Shown in pieces: positions 1 through 15,106 of a stretch of 64,000 nt of DNA; the stretch's first letter is position 1; each line of letters opens with the position of its first letter. The stretch is from Penicillus capitatus (Eukaryota; Plantae; Chlorophyta), in contig OZ287706.1 in NCBI GenBank assembly GCA_965649825.1, forward strand, positions 124,001 through 188,000. The letters are read 5' to 3'. The position numbers and the translations under genes are program-made. The notes below the pieces were generated by a model, which had not been told where the DNA came from, made no database searches, and saw only the letters and a list, made by a program, of their open reading frames with translations.

Positions 1-83
1 TCAGTCCCGTTCAGAACAACTGGAGAGCTGATGCAATAAGATGTATAGGAAATTGTCTATTTATGCTAAACAGGCAGAACTCA

Positions 84-1298
84 TCAGTATCCGAATCCAC
101 GGACTGTATGACCCCCGTCAACGTACAATCTCTGGCCTGTGACATATGAGGACGCGGAGGAGGCAAAAAAGCCAACGACACCTGATGAGGACAAGACCAC
201 AGATATAAATGCAAGGTACTGTACACGTAATGATACTTGCGATCTCTTCTGGCTGTGCAGGACGTTGCAGTGGTGTCTCTGCGGTATAAGCATTCAGTTC
301 CTTGGGATCGTTCATCATCTGAGAATCCAAGGGCCTCCACACGGTTTAGATGGACAGAATGCCTTACTCGCACAGACATGTCTGTATCCACCACTCCAGG
401 AGCCACACAGTTCACACGGATTTTGTCCGAGGCCCATTCGCAACACAATGTCCGCGTCAACATGTCTAATGCAGACTTGGACAAGTTATAGTGACACACT
501 ATTACGAAGAAGACGGTGAATGTCATTTCTATTGCTGCACGTTTTACTTCCTGCCATGGCTCGGGTTGATCCTGCAATGGATCCGATGTTGATTACAGAA
601 GAACCTCCACTCGCTTTCAGCAGAGGATATGCCGCCTGTTCACAGCGGAAGTGCTATCAGTCCAATAACAAAAGTGATGGCATCTTCACACTTGACAAAC
701 ATCGATCGCCGATTTGAGGTTTGTGTGCATGATATAATCAAAGTCGTCTCCTGTGTGGTCAACGAAAGGTTTGGAAACCAGGACACCAGCATTGTTGACT
801 ATCCAGTTGACCCATGGTTAGAAACTGAAACGTCCAAGGTAGAGGTTCACCTAGAACTTGTAACTGTCCATCAAATACATCCGCAACCTATCAGACCACG
901 CGTTTGCTTAAGCAGATCGTCGGCCTCCAAAACCGAAACACTCACTTGCTGCATGAGCTTCTTTAACAGTTCGGCATTAGTGACGTCACAGACACATCCC
1001 TAGATGAGACACAGATCGTCTTCCCTGCGGTTGCTTCCATGAAGAAGTTGACGTGAACATCATATCGTTTAGCCGCCATTCTCGAGAGAAGTTCGTCGAG
1101 AGCATCCTGCTTGCGTGCACAGACAAAGACCTAGAGCAACATTAAGAGCACTCCAATCACATCTTTAGAGATTCATCGATTTTAAAAAGGAAGGCGCTCA
1201 CTCACCCTTGCACCCTTGGCAGCGAAGAACTCCACACAGGCACGGCCGATTCCTTTAGATCCTCCCGTCACCAGACAAGTCAATCCTGCCAATTCCAT
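84..1298 (-). CDS. Tropinone reductase-like short-chain dehydrogenase (multi-exon)
   Basis: ATG at 1298 gives MELAGLTCLVTGGSKGIG (TGxxxGxG motif). Later exons give VNNAG, catalytic YNLSK, IRVNCVAPG and terminal SYVTGQRLYVDGG, ending at stop 84. Example GT-AG intron 1131-1205. Confidence 0.9.
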
Positions 1299-1591
1299 TG
1301 TATTGTACAGGGGATGTTCGTGTCCCCGCTTGTCTTTTCACTGGTGCAAGACCGACGTTTCACGATCAATCGCCTGAGTTCAATTCTGTTTATGTCCTGA
1401 ATGACAATGTAACGCGGCTGCGCTGTCATGTCGTCACGGATGAGAACACTCTGATAGCCGGCTGACTCTCCATGCATTTATCGTGATCGGAGATTTATTA
1501 ACGACGACATTTCAGTCTATACGGTTTGAGCGAACTCTTATTGTCTACAACTTCTGTGCTTATCAATTTTGTTTTGTTCTACGCGTCAACG

Positions 1592-3270
1592 ATGTCCAGT
1601 CGGTCGCTTGTTCGACCGGAAGGGAGTCCTGTTTACCACTACAGTCATGCCTCGCATGCGCTGAAAGGAGAGGTTCGTCGCAACATGTTTTGCAGAAAAG
1701 ACATTTCGTTTTAAAGGATGTCGCCTTTGTATGCGACGCACTACAACGTCTTAGCCCTGAGCCCCATTTCATGGGAAAGTGGGACCTCTTTTGTGTGTGT
1801 GACGGACATGGAGGCCCAGAAGCTGCACAATTCGCGAAAATAAACCTTCCGGCGTTGATTGCTGCCCGGCTTCCCAAAGGGACACCTCCAGAAACGGAAA
1901 CCGAAGGTACGTGCTAACATTTATGGGAGGCATGCGTCATGTCATCCTGCGTGCTCAGAAGGACAGGCATGGCTTCAGACTGTCAGAGATGCAGTTAACA
2001 TGGCATTTGTGCAGTTGGACTTGGATTTCAGAAAAGAGAGAATACTGCCAACTGTCGGTACGTATTGTGTGGACACGCACTTTCAAGTCATCACTATGTT
2101 TACGCATATGCAGGCTGCACTGCTACTGTTGTACTATCGTGTGGATGGATTTTGACTGTCGCCAACGTCGGCGATTCGGAAGCCTTTTTGGATTTCGGGT
2201 CTGGAAGTCCACTCGAGGTGACAATCTCACACAAAATCGACACGAACTTGGGTACCGACGATAATATCACCTCTTGCAGGATATCACCCTCTCGGTTGTT
2301 TAGATGAACAAATCCGACTTGCCAAATTGGGAAAAGAAGTTCGACCGTTGTCCGAAGAACTGTTTCGTCCTGCGAGGTCCTATGAAGAAGGAGTTGGTCC
2401 ACTCCGTGTGTGGCCTTGTGGGTTGGCTGTTTCTCGCGCCATCGGTGATTACGATTGTGGATCCGAAGTGCTTGCGTCGCCTCACATCACACAAGTGAGT
2501 GCACATCATCGTCATCTGTGCGCAAGTTTAAAAGAACCACCTGGGTGACAGATCAAGGTTCCTTTCGCCGGAGCTCGGTTGACGGTGGCCTCGGACGGAC
2601 TATGGGACCATTTAACGGCTAAACGTGTTGTCAAGCGCTCAAGGAAACATATTGTCAAAGACGTACCGCATGAACTAATTTCAAAGGCTAAAAGTGCGGA
2701 TCTCACTTTTTACCCAATCCGTTCGAATGCATGTGTGTGCAGAGGTTTCCGCCATTGGATTAACCGACGACACGACAGTTCTTGTATTAGACATTCTGCC
2801 GACGGCAAAAACGGATTTCAGAGAGGTATCAAGGAAACTCCGAGGGCCAAAGACTGTCTTCTCCAACTTGAGCAAACGAATCGGTGGAAGGGTAAGCAGT
2901 ACTCGTCATTGTGATCCGTTTTTATGACTTCGGTGTTTAGAGAAAGAAAGCATGTCACATGTTCGTGTTGGCTACTCAAGATATGGCACCCGATCATCCA
3001 GCACCATATCCGTCTTTGAAATCCTTTGCCTCTGCTGGATCATCTAAAGACCTTAGACCGTCTAGAGAGCATCATTTCCCTGTGCGCAGCAACACCTTCA
3101 CATCGACACTTAAGCAGAAGAGCGACTCCGAATCACAGGAAGACGACGAAGAGAAGGGTCCGGGTGCTGAAGGGCTCTCCATGGATCTCGATGGAGTTGG
3201 ACCAAGTAGAGGGACAGGAACTTCTCTGAGGAGATTCCGGAGCTCCATGATGAACTACAGGCAGGTTTAG
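1592..3270 (+). CDS. Protein phosphatase 2C (PPM family), multi-exon; 3' end uncertain
   Basis: Exons encode FCVCDGHGG, GCTATVV, VANVGDS, LAVSRAIGD, VASDGLWD and DDTTVLV, the canonical PP2C metal-binding motifs. A low-complexity C-terminal exon runs to 3270 and may splice onward to about 3468. Confidence 0.88.
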
Positions 3271-3772
3271 ACGCATCATCGTCCTACGTTTGCTGACGAG
3301 AAATTATGTCCGGGACTCGTATTCGTTATCGCGATACGGTCACAGATAAATTCTTTCATGCATGCAAATGTGAGAGCATACTGTACGGGACAGGCTTCAA
3401 ATAAGCAATCAGATGACGCATACAGGCTCTCTTCTGTCTACATACCTTTCATCCTTTGTTTCGCGTAGCATCCTTGTCGATCTTTGCATTTACGCTTTGT
3501 TGTGTCATACCTCATTGTGCACATCTGCAAATGTACGTGGCAATCAAGAGTGGTGTAATAAGGTGGACTGTCGTATTGGAAGGACAACCTTTGGTGGACA
3601 TTTGGAATTTCAAAATCCGAATCAAAATGCGATTAATGGCCTATCGATTTAGAGGGTGCTGTGTGCGTACACATACTTAAAACATGCACATGAACGCATA
3701 AAAGAAACACAACTGCACAACAGTGCTGAGTAAGTGTTTCTTTGCCTCTGTAATGGCGCTCACAAAAGCATG

Positions 3773-6072
<2,300 letters not shown>

Positions 6073-6124
6073 TGTCGCCGTTTGTCGACGCCAATGGAGT
6101 GGGTAAAGGGCTCAGGCTGGCAGA

Positions 6125-6137
6125 GAGACTTCTAGAA
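6125..6137. promoter_or_regulatory. Imperfect heat-shock element upstream of HSP60
   Basis: GAGacTTCtaGAA (nGAAn inverted units, one mismatch) lies 53-65 bp upstream of the HSP60 ATG. A motif this short could be chance. Confidence 0.3.
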
Positions 6138-8566
6138 GACGTGATGGGACAGCAGACGGAAAACCTGATGCGGACGGATCGCATTTCGCCAATTCATCGT
6201 GCCGCAGCTTGGACATGTCACCCGCGTGTCCAGTCCCGACTGACTCTCGTTCTCTGTGCCCATATAGGTCAAGTGTCGTTTGTTCGCTGGACACATCTGC
6301 ATCTTTCTCAAAGGAAGAGCACACTCATCATCGCACCCGGACGTGAAGTTCAGTGGTGGTAGAGTTGGGTGCAATTCCCTTAAGCGAAGGTCGTTATTGC
6401 TACCTTCGCGAAACGACGTCGCCGCTGTTGCATTGATGCGGCAGACGTTAAAACTCGTGTGCTTCATCATGTGCAAATGAATCACACGAGTGAAGCGGCG
6501 CAAAGCACATTCAGAGACAATGTGTTTCGCGTTAATGCCGACGGCTGCTGTTCACTCTGGCGAACCGTCGAGCGCGCTGTCATATGTTTCACATTAGAGT
6601 TTGGATAAACTGAGCATTTGACCGATTCATTGACAAATCTCAAAAGAGCCCCAGTGGTGGCAGTATTGTTTGGATGGAATTGGGTTCTTTGACACTTCTC
6701 ATTGAAGATACATCAAATGCTTTAACGCTGAGTGTAAAGGCCACCGGCCGTGCACATAAAGACCTAACAAAACCAATTTCACACAATAATGTGCTAGAGT
6801 CGTGGATCATGAATCCATTCCCAGTGGTGGAAGGATGTGTTTGGATTTTTAAGAGATGCGTTAAACTGGTATGGATGTTCTGGACGGAGACCAGAAAAAC
6901 GGTCCCGTTTGTTAAGTTTTCGTTTTTGTTATCCTTCTGTTCCATTTGAAATAGAAAAAGGCTGTGTTCTGAAAGATACCGCAGAACCTCACTGCTGACT
7001 TAATCTGAATATTCCATTTCTGTTCTTTCCGAAGCCCTTGTCGAATTTGCGACACTCAAAGTAAGGCAATTCCTAAGCATTGCTGATCTAGCTTCACTTC
7101 TGTGCAGACTGGAATAGGTGTAGTGAAAATCTCTTGATGCTCACCAACTGACCAAATCAGAAGTGCTTTCGAGAAACTGAAGAATGCAGTGCTGTTCCAA
7201 TGGTGTGCAACATACTTCGAGATTCAGGTATGCTTGCTTGCTTGCTGTCTGAACTCTCTCTATCGGGTGACATGTCCAACAAATACCTCTGACGTGACAG
7301 CACTGCAGTTTGTACAAATCGGTATCAAAAGCAGACAACCCACCTACGTGTTGGGACAGGAATACACTTGTGTTTGGAATTTTCGTAGGATCGGTAGCTT
7401 TGAATGACCATCGAATTGCTTTTGTGTTCTAGAATGATTTCGAAGGAGACAAACTTTGCGAAACTCGAGAAGCCTCCAGAGAAGGTGAGGGACCAAGATG
7501 CATCTGAAGGAGGGTGTGAAGAGTGGGGCGATACAGGTTCTTGTTCATCGATTTCAAGACACTTAGTCGGAGTATTTGAAGCCATCTCTCTCCAATGTCC
7601 AAGTGATGCAGAAGCGTTCGACAATGTCTAAAGTAACGTTGCTCTACACGCAGAGCCGAATTCGCAGAAACCATGAGAGAAAGAAAAACTTGTTTCTATC
7701 GATGACCTTTTCTGGTTTTCAATGAGTCACCACTGACCTTGCATTATCATGTCTCATTGGAATCTGTTTGACATTTTGGTCTGTTCTGCTTGTTGTGCCA
7801 CGCTAGTAAACCGAATCGTCTGTTCACAAGTGTCTCAAAACATTGGCTTTCTTGAATGGACCACTGTGAATATCTGAATGATGAAAACGAAATCAATACG
7901 CCGCGAGATGTGATTAGCTTACAGGTGCCGTGTTTGTGTCCACAGATATTTCTAAGCGGCTTTTCATCATGTACTGTGTTCATGGTCTCTAAGGAATATT
8001 GCTGTCGACCGAGGAATGGCTACATTTATAAAATACCTAACATAGTATTCCCTGGATTTATGCATACCATCGAAAACAGGGGTGTCAGGCAGAGTTCTGG
8101 CTTACCTGAGTTTTTTTGGCTTCTATTTGCTGCATTGGTCGAAGGACGAAGTGAATAAGATAAATCTGAGCTGTCATGCGACGTAAGAATGCAAGATCTT
8201 TTCCAAACGGCGACGTTATCATAGTCGTTTTGTAGTTTCAATTGACAGTGCACATGTATAAAATCTACTTGATATCTCAGCAGAAGGCTGGCTTTATACG
8301 ACTGGTAGAGTCTCAATCACTGCTTATTTGGCGTTGACTGTGGAATGCAAAATGACACAATCGGATCATTAAATGACAAACCTCTGCCTCGGGCAAGGCA
8401 TCTTCCTCGTTAGAATGCTGGCGTTATGATACAGTAGTGTACTCCGTGGTGAGTTTGGAGATTGTAACCACAAACTGCCATCTTTTTTCACGCAGGGCAT
8501 GTCAAATCAATCGCCGTCAATTGTATTTCACGCGGCTCATAACGTCTGAATCATCTTCTCCATTGT

Positions 8567-8608
8567 GAACTTTTCTGCGAACTTTCTGAACTTTTCTGCG
8601 AACTCTCT
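8567..8608. repeat. Tandem 21-bp direct repeat upstream of the NLR-like gene
   Basis: gaacttttctgcgaactttct / gaacttttctgcgaactctct, one mismatch, ending about 70 bp before ATG 8680. Confidence 0.85.
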
Positions 8609-8679
8609 GACGGCAAGCATTTCGACCCGTTCCGTTGAACCCGAAGCGCAAACGTTTGTTTTATACGTTACGTGTGAAC

Positions 8680-11600
8680 ATGCCAACTCGAGCTCCAGAC
8701 GAAGGACCCAGTACTGGAGGGCCTTTCGCGTCGAGTGTCGACGGACAAACTACTACCGTCACCAACGTAGCTGCTGAAGAACTCTATAACCCAAGGATCT
8801 TATGTGCTGTCGCAAAGAAATACAACATCGACAGCACAAAATCGCTCGTCGTTGCATACAACAAGGCGACGGCTAAAGACGAGCGAGCCGTCCTCCTTAA
8901 GTGGTTGCGCAATTATGAAAAACGAAAGAAAGAATGTCTGAGCCACGAGTCTGTTCTCGAATACGCAGAACTGGCTAGAATTAAGCCACGTTCCATACAA
9001 GACAAAGACGTTCTAAAGAGCTTGGTGTTTTCCCTCCGAACGTGTATTCGCGAGGGCGAATTCCTTGAAAAGAATGTGGCTGCTGCCCTTTACAAAGCAC
9101 TTGTACACGTCGATCCTGTGGTATACGGCGGGGTTGCAGAGCTGCTCGTGGTAGCAAAAAAGCTTTTGAGCAGCCTCTCTCCAGAACCGAGACTTACACA
9201 AGATAACTTTGCACAATACGAAGCGACATTCATTGCACTTCGTGAAACTCTTTTCTTACTTTTAAGAACCAATCAGAATGGCGTATACGCAAAAGAGAAG
9301 CATGAACTTCGTCGGGCCATTGCAGAGAAAGAAAAAACGATGGAACTGTCATGCAATTACTATCCAGTGAGCTTCCATTTGAAGACTCTTCGACAAGCAG
9401 TAGAACATCTCAGAACCTTAGACGCTTCTTCGTTTGTTACACATGCAATGCAGTTTATCGGTTGTGGATTATGTGGATTCCTGCATGTTTTTCATTTTGC
9501 AAGAAATCTGGCAAGATGTGACATCGATCCTGCGGCTGTTCAGGATACATACAAAAAAGCTCAAGTTGCCATTGCCAATATGGGAGTGTTAAAGAGACCG
9601 TGGTTTGACTCCTTTCGAAATCTGATGTTAACAAGACAAGAAGCCTTAGAGGACGAAAGGAAGTTTGGGAATTTTGAAAACAATTGTAATGTTGCAATGG
9701 AGCATCAAAGGAACATGAAGAATGGAGAAGATCTGAAGGCGCTGAGATATGGCATCGTTCGTGAGTTGGGTACACTCGCACTCGAAGGTCTATCAGAAGA
9801 CGCCCGAATCGCAGCCACGACGAAGCTGGTGGATCTAGCAACTCAGCAAGCCATCAGCGAAGGATGGAGCGGTGATATCGATATCTTAGTCACACTCATG
9901 GAAGTCATATGTGAACTACATGGAAAAGGCCAACTCAACGAAGACATTGAAAACGCGTTGCTAGTCCTACACCAATCCTGCGAGGGTCTAGCTCAGGGAG
10001 CATTAACAGAATGGTTGGGTGGAAGCAGCATAGAAGACAAGCTTGCACCTCAATGCCCGAAGAAGCCGGACGTGGAATATAAGGATTTGTGTAACAAGGT
10101 TGGGAAAGACGTAGGGTATATTCCACTTGCCATCATGCATTTGACTAGAGAAAAATTAAGGAAAAAATACCTACACGACGAATTCACGACAGTATTACCA
10201 CAAAAGCACATTCAAGTCGATGAAAGCGCCTTGTTTTGTAGGTGATTTCTTGGTTCGAAGAAGGATCTCCCAAACATGTCAAGGATATGAAGCACCATGT
10301 TGTCATTACAGAAGATATCATTGAAAAGCGAGAATTAACGTCAAGAGATGGAACTAAGGAAGTTATCCAAAGAGCGGAAGAAATTGAGGGAACGTCCTCA
10401 AACCGTACAAGGGATCAAACTAAGGAATATTACGAGAAGAAGACAAGAGTCACGAAACCTATTGCTTTAGACGACTTGTTCAAGCGAAGATCTCTCAAAC
10501 CTGAAAATCCAGAAAGCGAAGTTCGAAGGGTACTTCTCTACGGAAACCCCGGCTCCGGCAAGACGTGCATCACAAAAGTTATCGCGCTGTCAAAGGAAAG
10601 CTTCACGTTCTTACAGAGCTAAAGGTAAACATGCGTTTACGTCCATGTATTCATATGCTACAGGTGACATGACACGCGTAAGCGCCCCTTCGCAGATGGA
10701 ACCCTTGGATTCCAAGACAGTCACGATGTGACAGTCTTGTCATTCTGACACGCGCACAAATGGGCGTCGAGAAAAATGGCACAAGATGTCAGCGCCGTTT
10801 ACGTATTGCCGGTGAGAGTTCTCAACGGTGCCGAGTCCAGAGGACAGAAATTGGCAAGTTTCGAGGGTGCGATAGCGCAGATATGCTTCTCCGGAAGCAA
10901 GAGTGATGTCGACTATGAGAGCCTCGTAGCTCAAGTGGAACATGATCTCGACGACCCCTCAGTAATGGTCATGGTTGACGGATTAGACGAGGCAAACGAC
11001 CATACGAGAGAGCTCTTATCCACCATCTGGGAGCGCTCTTGCAAGCTGTTGCTTCTTTCTCGTCCATACAATATGAGAAACGTAGAAACGCATGTTGACG
11101 TTCAAGTGGAATGTCTCGGATTCAACGACCAGCAACTTCGAGAATACATAAGAAGCGAATTGTCAGAAGACGAGGCCCCAAGGCTAATACGTTCTCTTAA
11201 AAACTCCTCTGCCATGTGGGAGATGGCACACATTCCTGTGACGGCACACATTCTATGTTCTTTGTCGAAGGAGCACGGGACCGCGTTTGAAGAGCAAAAG
11301 ACGAGAGTTAGCATTTTTCAAGTATACAACGATATGGCGAACTACATCTGGAAGAGGTTTAAAACAAAGCCGATGGCGAAGAACATAAAAAAATCGGAGC
11401 TGTTTGATGACTTGGAGAGAATCGCATTCGAAACTATTCGAAAAGGTCTAATTCTCATCCCGCCAAGACTTGTCACGCAGTATGCAACCTCGACGGATGC
11501 GGCTGGAACTTTCAAAGAAAGTGGACTCCTTCTGCTCGTGCTAGAAGGCCAAGAATATCAATTCCCTCACCTTACATTCCAAGAGTACTTCGTCGGAAGA

Positions 11601-13133
11601 CATATCGCGAAAAGCTTACGAAATTCAGGATCCAATGATGAAATCAGAGTGCTCGAATTTATTCGCGAAGAAAAATACAATCAGAAACATGCTTTATCGC
11701 TATCATTCGCAATGCATGCATATGCAGAGGGCCAAGGCAAATCCGCATTGCAAAAGATGCTTTCGATTGTTAACGAAGACCCCGTCGAAGTCCTGGGGAT
11801 ACGACACTTTTTTCTGAAAATGCAAGTTTTCGAAGCAATTCTGGAAGAGACAGATAGAAAAGACCTTTCGAACGATGAACAAGCAATCAAGCTCCTAGAT
11901 GGTGCTTGCCATCTGTTGAAGAACACGATCGACGAGGTTCTAATTCGTAAATCTGTAGTTGAAGAGTTCAAACATTTCTCTTGCGTTCTGGAAAAATATC
12001 CTCAAGTACTCAATGACACCGTTGATGAAGTAAAAAATATGCTATCATCTCCGCATAACCTAACGTGGAAAGAAATGGCAAAACTCACGGATGTCTTAAA
12101 GCTAACAAAGCACGCTCCGAATCACAGCTATGGATTAACCGAATTCATCCTGCAACTGGAAAAAACACCCGAGAGTTGGTGCAATAAATTGGAACGTATC
12201 ATAAGATTAAGTGCCATTGCAAAAAATTCGCCCCAACACGCCGGTAAGGCTCTGCCGACGCTGGCGAAGGGGTGCATCGACAAGAACCGGAACGTGCGTC
12301 AGGCGGCAATGGATGCCATTGTCAGGGTCGCCGCGGCGGCTCCGCAACACGCTGGCGAGGCTCTGTCGGCGCTGGCGAAGGGGTGCATTGACGAGGTCTC
12401 GGACGTGCCTTGGGCGGCAATGGATGCCATTCGCTGGGTCGCCGCGGCGGCTCCGCAGCATGCCGGCGAGGCTCTGCCGGCGCTGGTGAAGGGGTGCATC
12501 GACGAGAACTGGAACGTGCGTCAGGCGGCAATGGATGCCATTGTCAGGGTCGCCGCGGCGGCTCCGCAGCATGCCGGCGAGGCTCTACCGACGCTGGCGA
12601 AGGGGTGCATCGACAAGAACCGGAACGTGCGTCAGGCGGCAATGGTTGCCATTGGTAGGGTCGCCGCGGCTGCTCCGCAGTGCGCCGGCGAAACTCTACC
12701 GACGCTGGCGAGGGGGTGCATCGACAAGAACCGGAACGTGCGTGAGACATCAATGCGTGCCATTGGCAGCATCGCCGCGGCGGCTCCGCAGCACGCCGGC
12801 GAGGCTCTGTCGGCGCTGGCGAAGGGGTGCATCGACGAGGACATTCGCGTGCGTGAGGCGGCAGGAAGGGAATTAATCTCCATAAAACCGGAAAAGATCG
12901 TCTTCTTGGCAATTTCAAATATCCCTACTTATAGAGCTGGTCTTCTATTCTTATTTTTGCAGCACCCATTCACGATTGATACTATTACAAAATTCAATAC
13001 AGTTTCCTTTATCTCACATTCAACTTTTTCTGGAGAAATTGGAAAGTGGAGCAATGATCATGTGAATTTATATGTCAATTATGTGAAACGAGAGTTTGAT
13101 GAGAAGTTTCCTGGATTGTTGGAACATGTTTAG
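8680..13133 (+). CDS. NLR-like STAND protein (helical N-terminal domain + NACHT + HEAT repeats), interrupted by an insertion at 10588-10750
   Basis: Exon 8680-10191 and a 50-nt GT-AG intron (10192-10241) join DEFTT|VISWF in frame. Walker A is GNPGSGKT, Walker B VMVDGLDE, then LLLLSRP, HIPVTAHIL, the winged-helix FPHLTFQEYF and six 37-aa HEAT repeats. Removing the insertion plus one TSD copy restores KVIA-HKWASRKMAQDV. Confidence 0.9.
10588..10750. mobile_element. 163-bp solo-LTR-like insertion (TGTCA...TGACA) with 5-bp TSD CGCGC
   Basis: CGCGC at 10583-10587 and 10751-10755. TG...CA termini with a 5-bp inverted repeat. Clear similarity to 17642-17870 at both ends (tgtcaaagga...; cagtcacgatgtgaca). 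Confidence 0.85.
12231..12870 (+). repeat. Six tandem 111-bp (37-aa) HEAT-like coding repeats
   Basis: PQHAG units start at 12231, 12342, 12453, 12564, 12675 and 12786 (exact 111-bp period). Consensus PQHAGEALPxLAKGCIDxxxxVRxAAMxAIxxVAAAA. Visibly more GC-rich than the flanks. Confidence 0.95.
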
Positions 13134-15106
13134 AAAGGTAGTTCAAAGTACATTTATGTTCGCTTTTTTGTGGAAACCAAGATTTCGTGCTCTAGACGAC
13201 GGGCTGTGAACGCAGTCAAAGAGTATTACTATTATTGTCGGTTTTCATCATACATGTACGGGTGGGTCGTCAATTGAGTACTCGACACGAGTGATGAATA
13301 TGGTTTTGCATTTTTGATCGGTCCATTTATATTTATATGAGCGGCGCAAGATGGGACAGATGAGATCGAGGGAACCAGAAGCATCAAGAACCTTTGAATA
13401 CGATTAAAATGAAGTTGATAGATTGAAACATGCCATTTGATCGTTGTTTAACCTCGAAGATTGCAAACGTTTGTAAGGGTATGTTCACGCGCTGCTAACA
13501 TATGTTAAAACGCGGTGACGCAAAGTGATGGGTTATGCTAACTGTTGGTTTTCTGCAGTACTATGCGACGATGAGGCAGGATTGGCACTGAAAAACAGGC
13601 CAAAATCGTCAGCATGGCAGCGGGATTACGCTTGTAGTCGTCAGCAGCTCAAAGCGACTCGATCGACAGAATATGCACGCAACACCGAAAGCTTTTAAAC
13701 CGAAACTTGCCCCTAAAGTTCTTATTTTATATGCCCATGTTCTCCGTTTCATTTGCGTTTTTCTTAGTTACACACACTGAATTCGCGTCTTACGTGCCTC
13801 TTGGCGACACCTTGATTTCATGTCTTCGCCTCACTGCGAGCTACATCTTCAGGCTTTTACCACAGGCTGCGTCTTCTTCTCAGCGTGTCGACTGTCCGTT
13901 TTATCGCGTCAACTGACTGCCATGCTTTCCTCGCCTTTTCTGTAATCCAGGCTGATCACTCAGGGTTAAAGCATCGTCCGTCGCCTCGGACTTTCGGCTC
14001 AGAATTCGACGTCGCCTGCACCTCGGCAATCATCGAATTCCGCCAGTTTCTGAGATTTCTGGCGAGTGTCTAAGAGCTCACAGACGACAGTGACGTTTTT
14101 CCGACCATTCTGAGAATACACGTCACCCAGACTAGTACTCTGGATACTTGCCAATTCACGACTTTCACGTTTTATTGCGGACTCGTCTTTCTACCCCACT
14201 TCGGTCATTTCGCGACCCTCTCGAGCGCTCTCTTAACCGTCGCTGAGTACTTCTTCACGTTCAAGCGACCAGTCCTGACGGCCTTTAAACCGTCGCCGAA
14301 GACTTCTTTGCTTGATCGCCCAGCGGACAAACACTAACAAATCTCTGCGAGGTAAACATCACAACACTTGTTTTCTCTAGTTTTTTTGTCGAAGAATTAT
14401 AAAACACTTGTTGTTGTCTCTTGTTGTTTAGTTTTAAGTCGGTATAAACTGTTAGGTCATCTCGTATCGTAAGTTTATTGTTCTAGAACAGACTGGCCAA
14501 TTCAAAGTAGTATTTATTTGTGTTGCAATTAAGGTATTCCCAAATTGCAAAGGAATTCAACGTCGAAAATGTTGCACTAGGTATCAAAGTAAGAGAACTT
14601 TCAGATTATATATGTCTGAGGTGTCATCTGTTTAAATTCGTTTTTTCATTAAATCATGAAGCTATGAGAAAAGAACAGCTTTTGTGAACAGTTTTTCAGC
14701 TCATTATTCACTTATTGCCTGTGGTAACATACTGTTGGTTGGTAGGAGTTACTTGTTAATGTTATGAATAAGAATAATATTATGCGCATTCCTATAACTA
14801 AGATATTGCACAGTCATCGGTGTAGCAAGTGTGAATCCCATAAAAATGCACCCGCGTTCTATCATCGGAGTCGTCTATGTATCCTATGTGCTAGTATAAT
14901 GAATTTCTTTAATGGTCTCTGATGTGATGCGAGTTTTGAGAGTTGCCGCGCTTCAGAAACGAAAGGTCTGTAATGCCGTAAAATAATACTCCGATTCCAA
15001 GCTCCTTCGTCAGTATGTATATAATTCCTTTTTTACGTGGCATTTGTTTTCACATGTGCCATGAGCAAACAAAAACATACAAAACAAAACCGGTCATTTT
15101 AAAGGT

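Noticed and set aside
6132-8316. Scattered 60-120-aa ORFs on both strands, one containing CPANKRH...CPSCG
   Set aside because: I could not join them into a consistent spliced frame or assign a family. They may be a degenerate or lineage-specific gene; RNA-seq is needed.
12231-12870. Regular repeat array as CRISPR or TALE-like
   Set aside because: Units are contiguous in-frame coding repeats without spacers, and the 37-aa HEAT pattern does not match TALE repeats.
13700-14330. Minus-strand stretch with LINE-like SAWITEKARKAW words
   Set aside because: All frames are interrupted by stops and the similarity is too weak to support.
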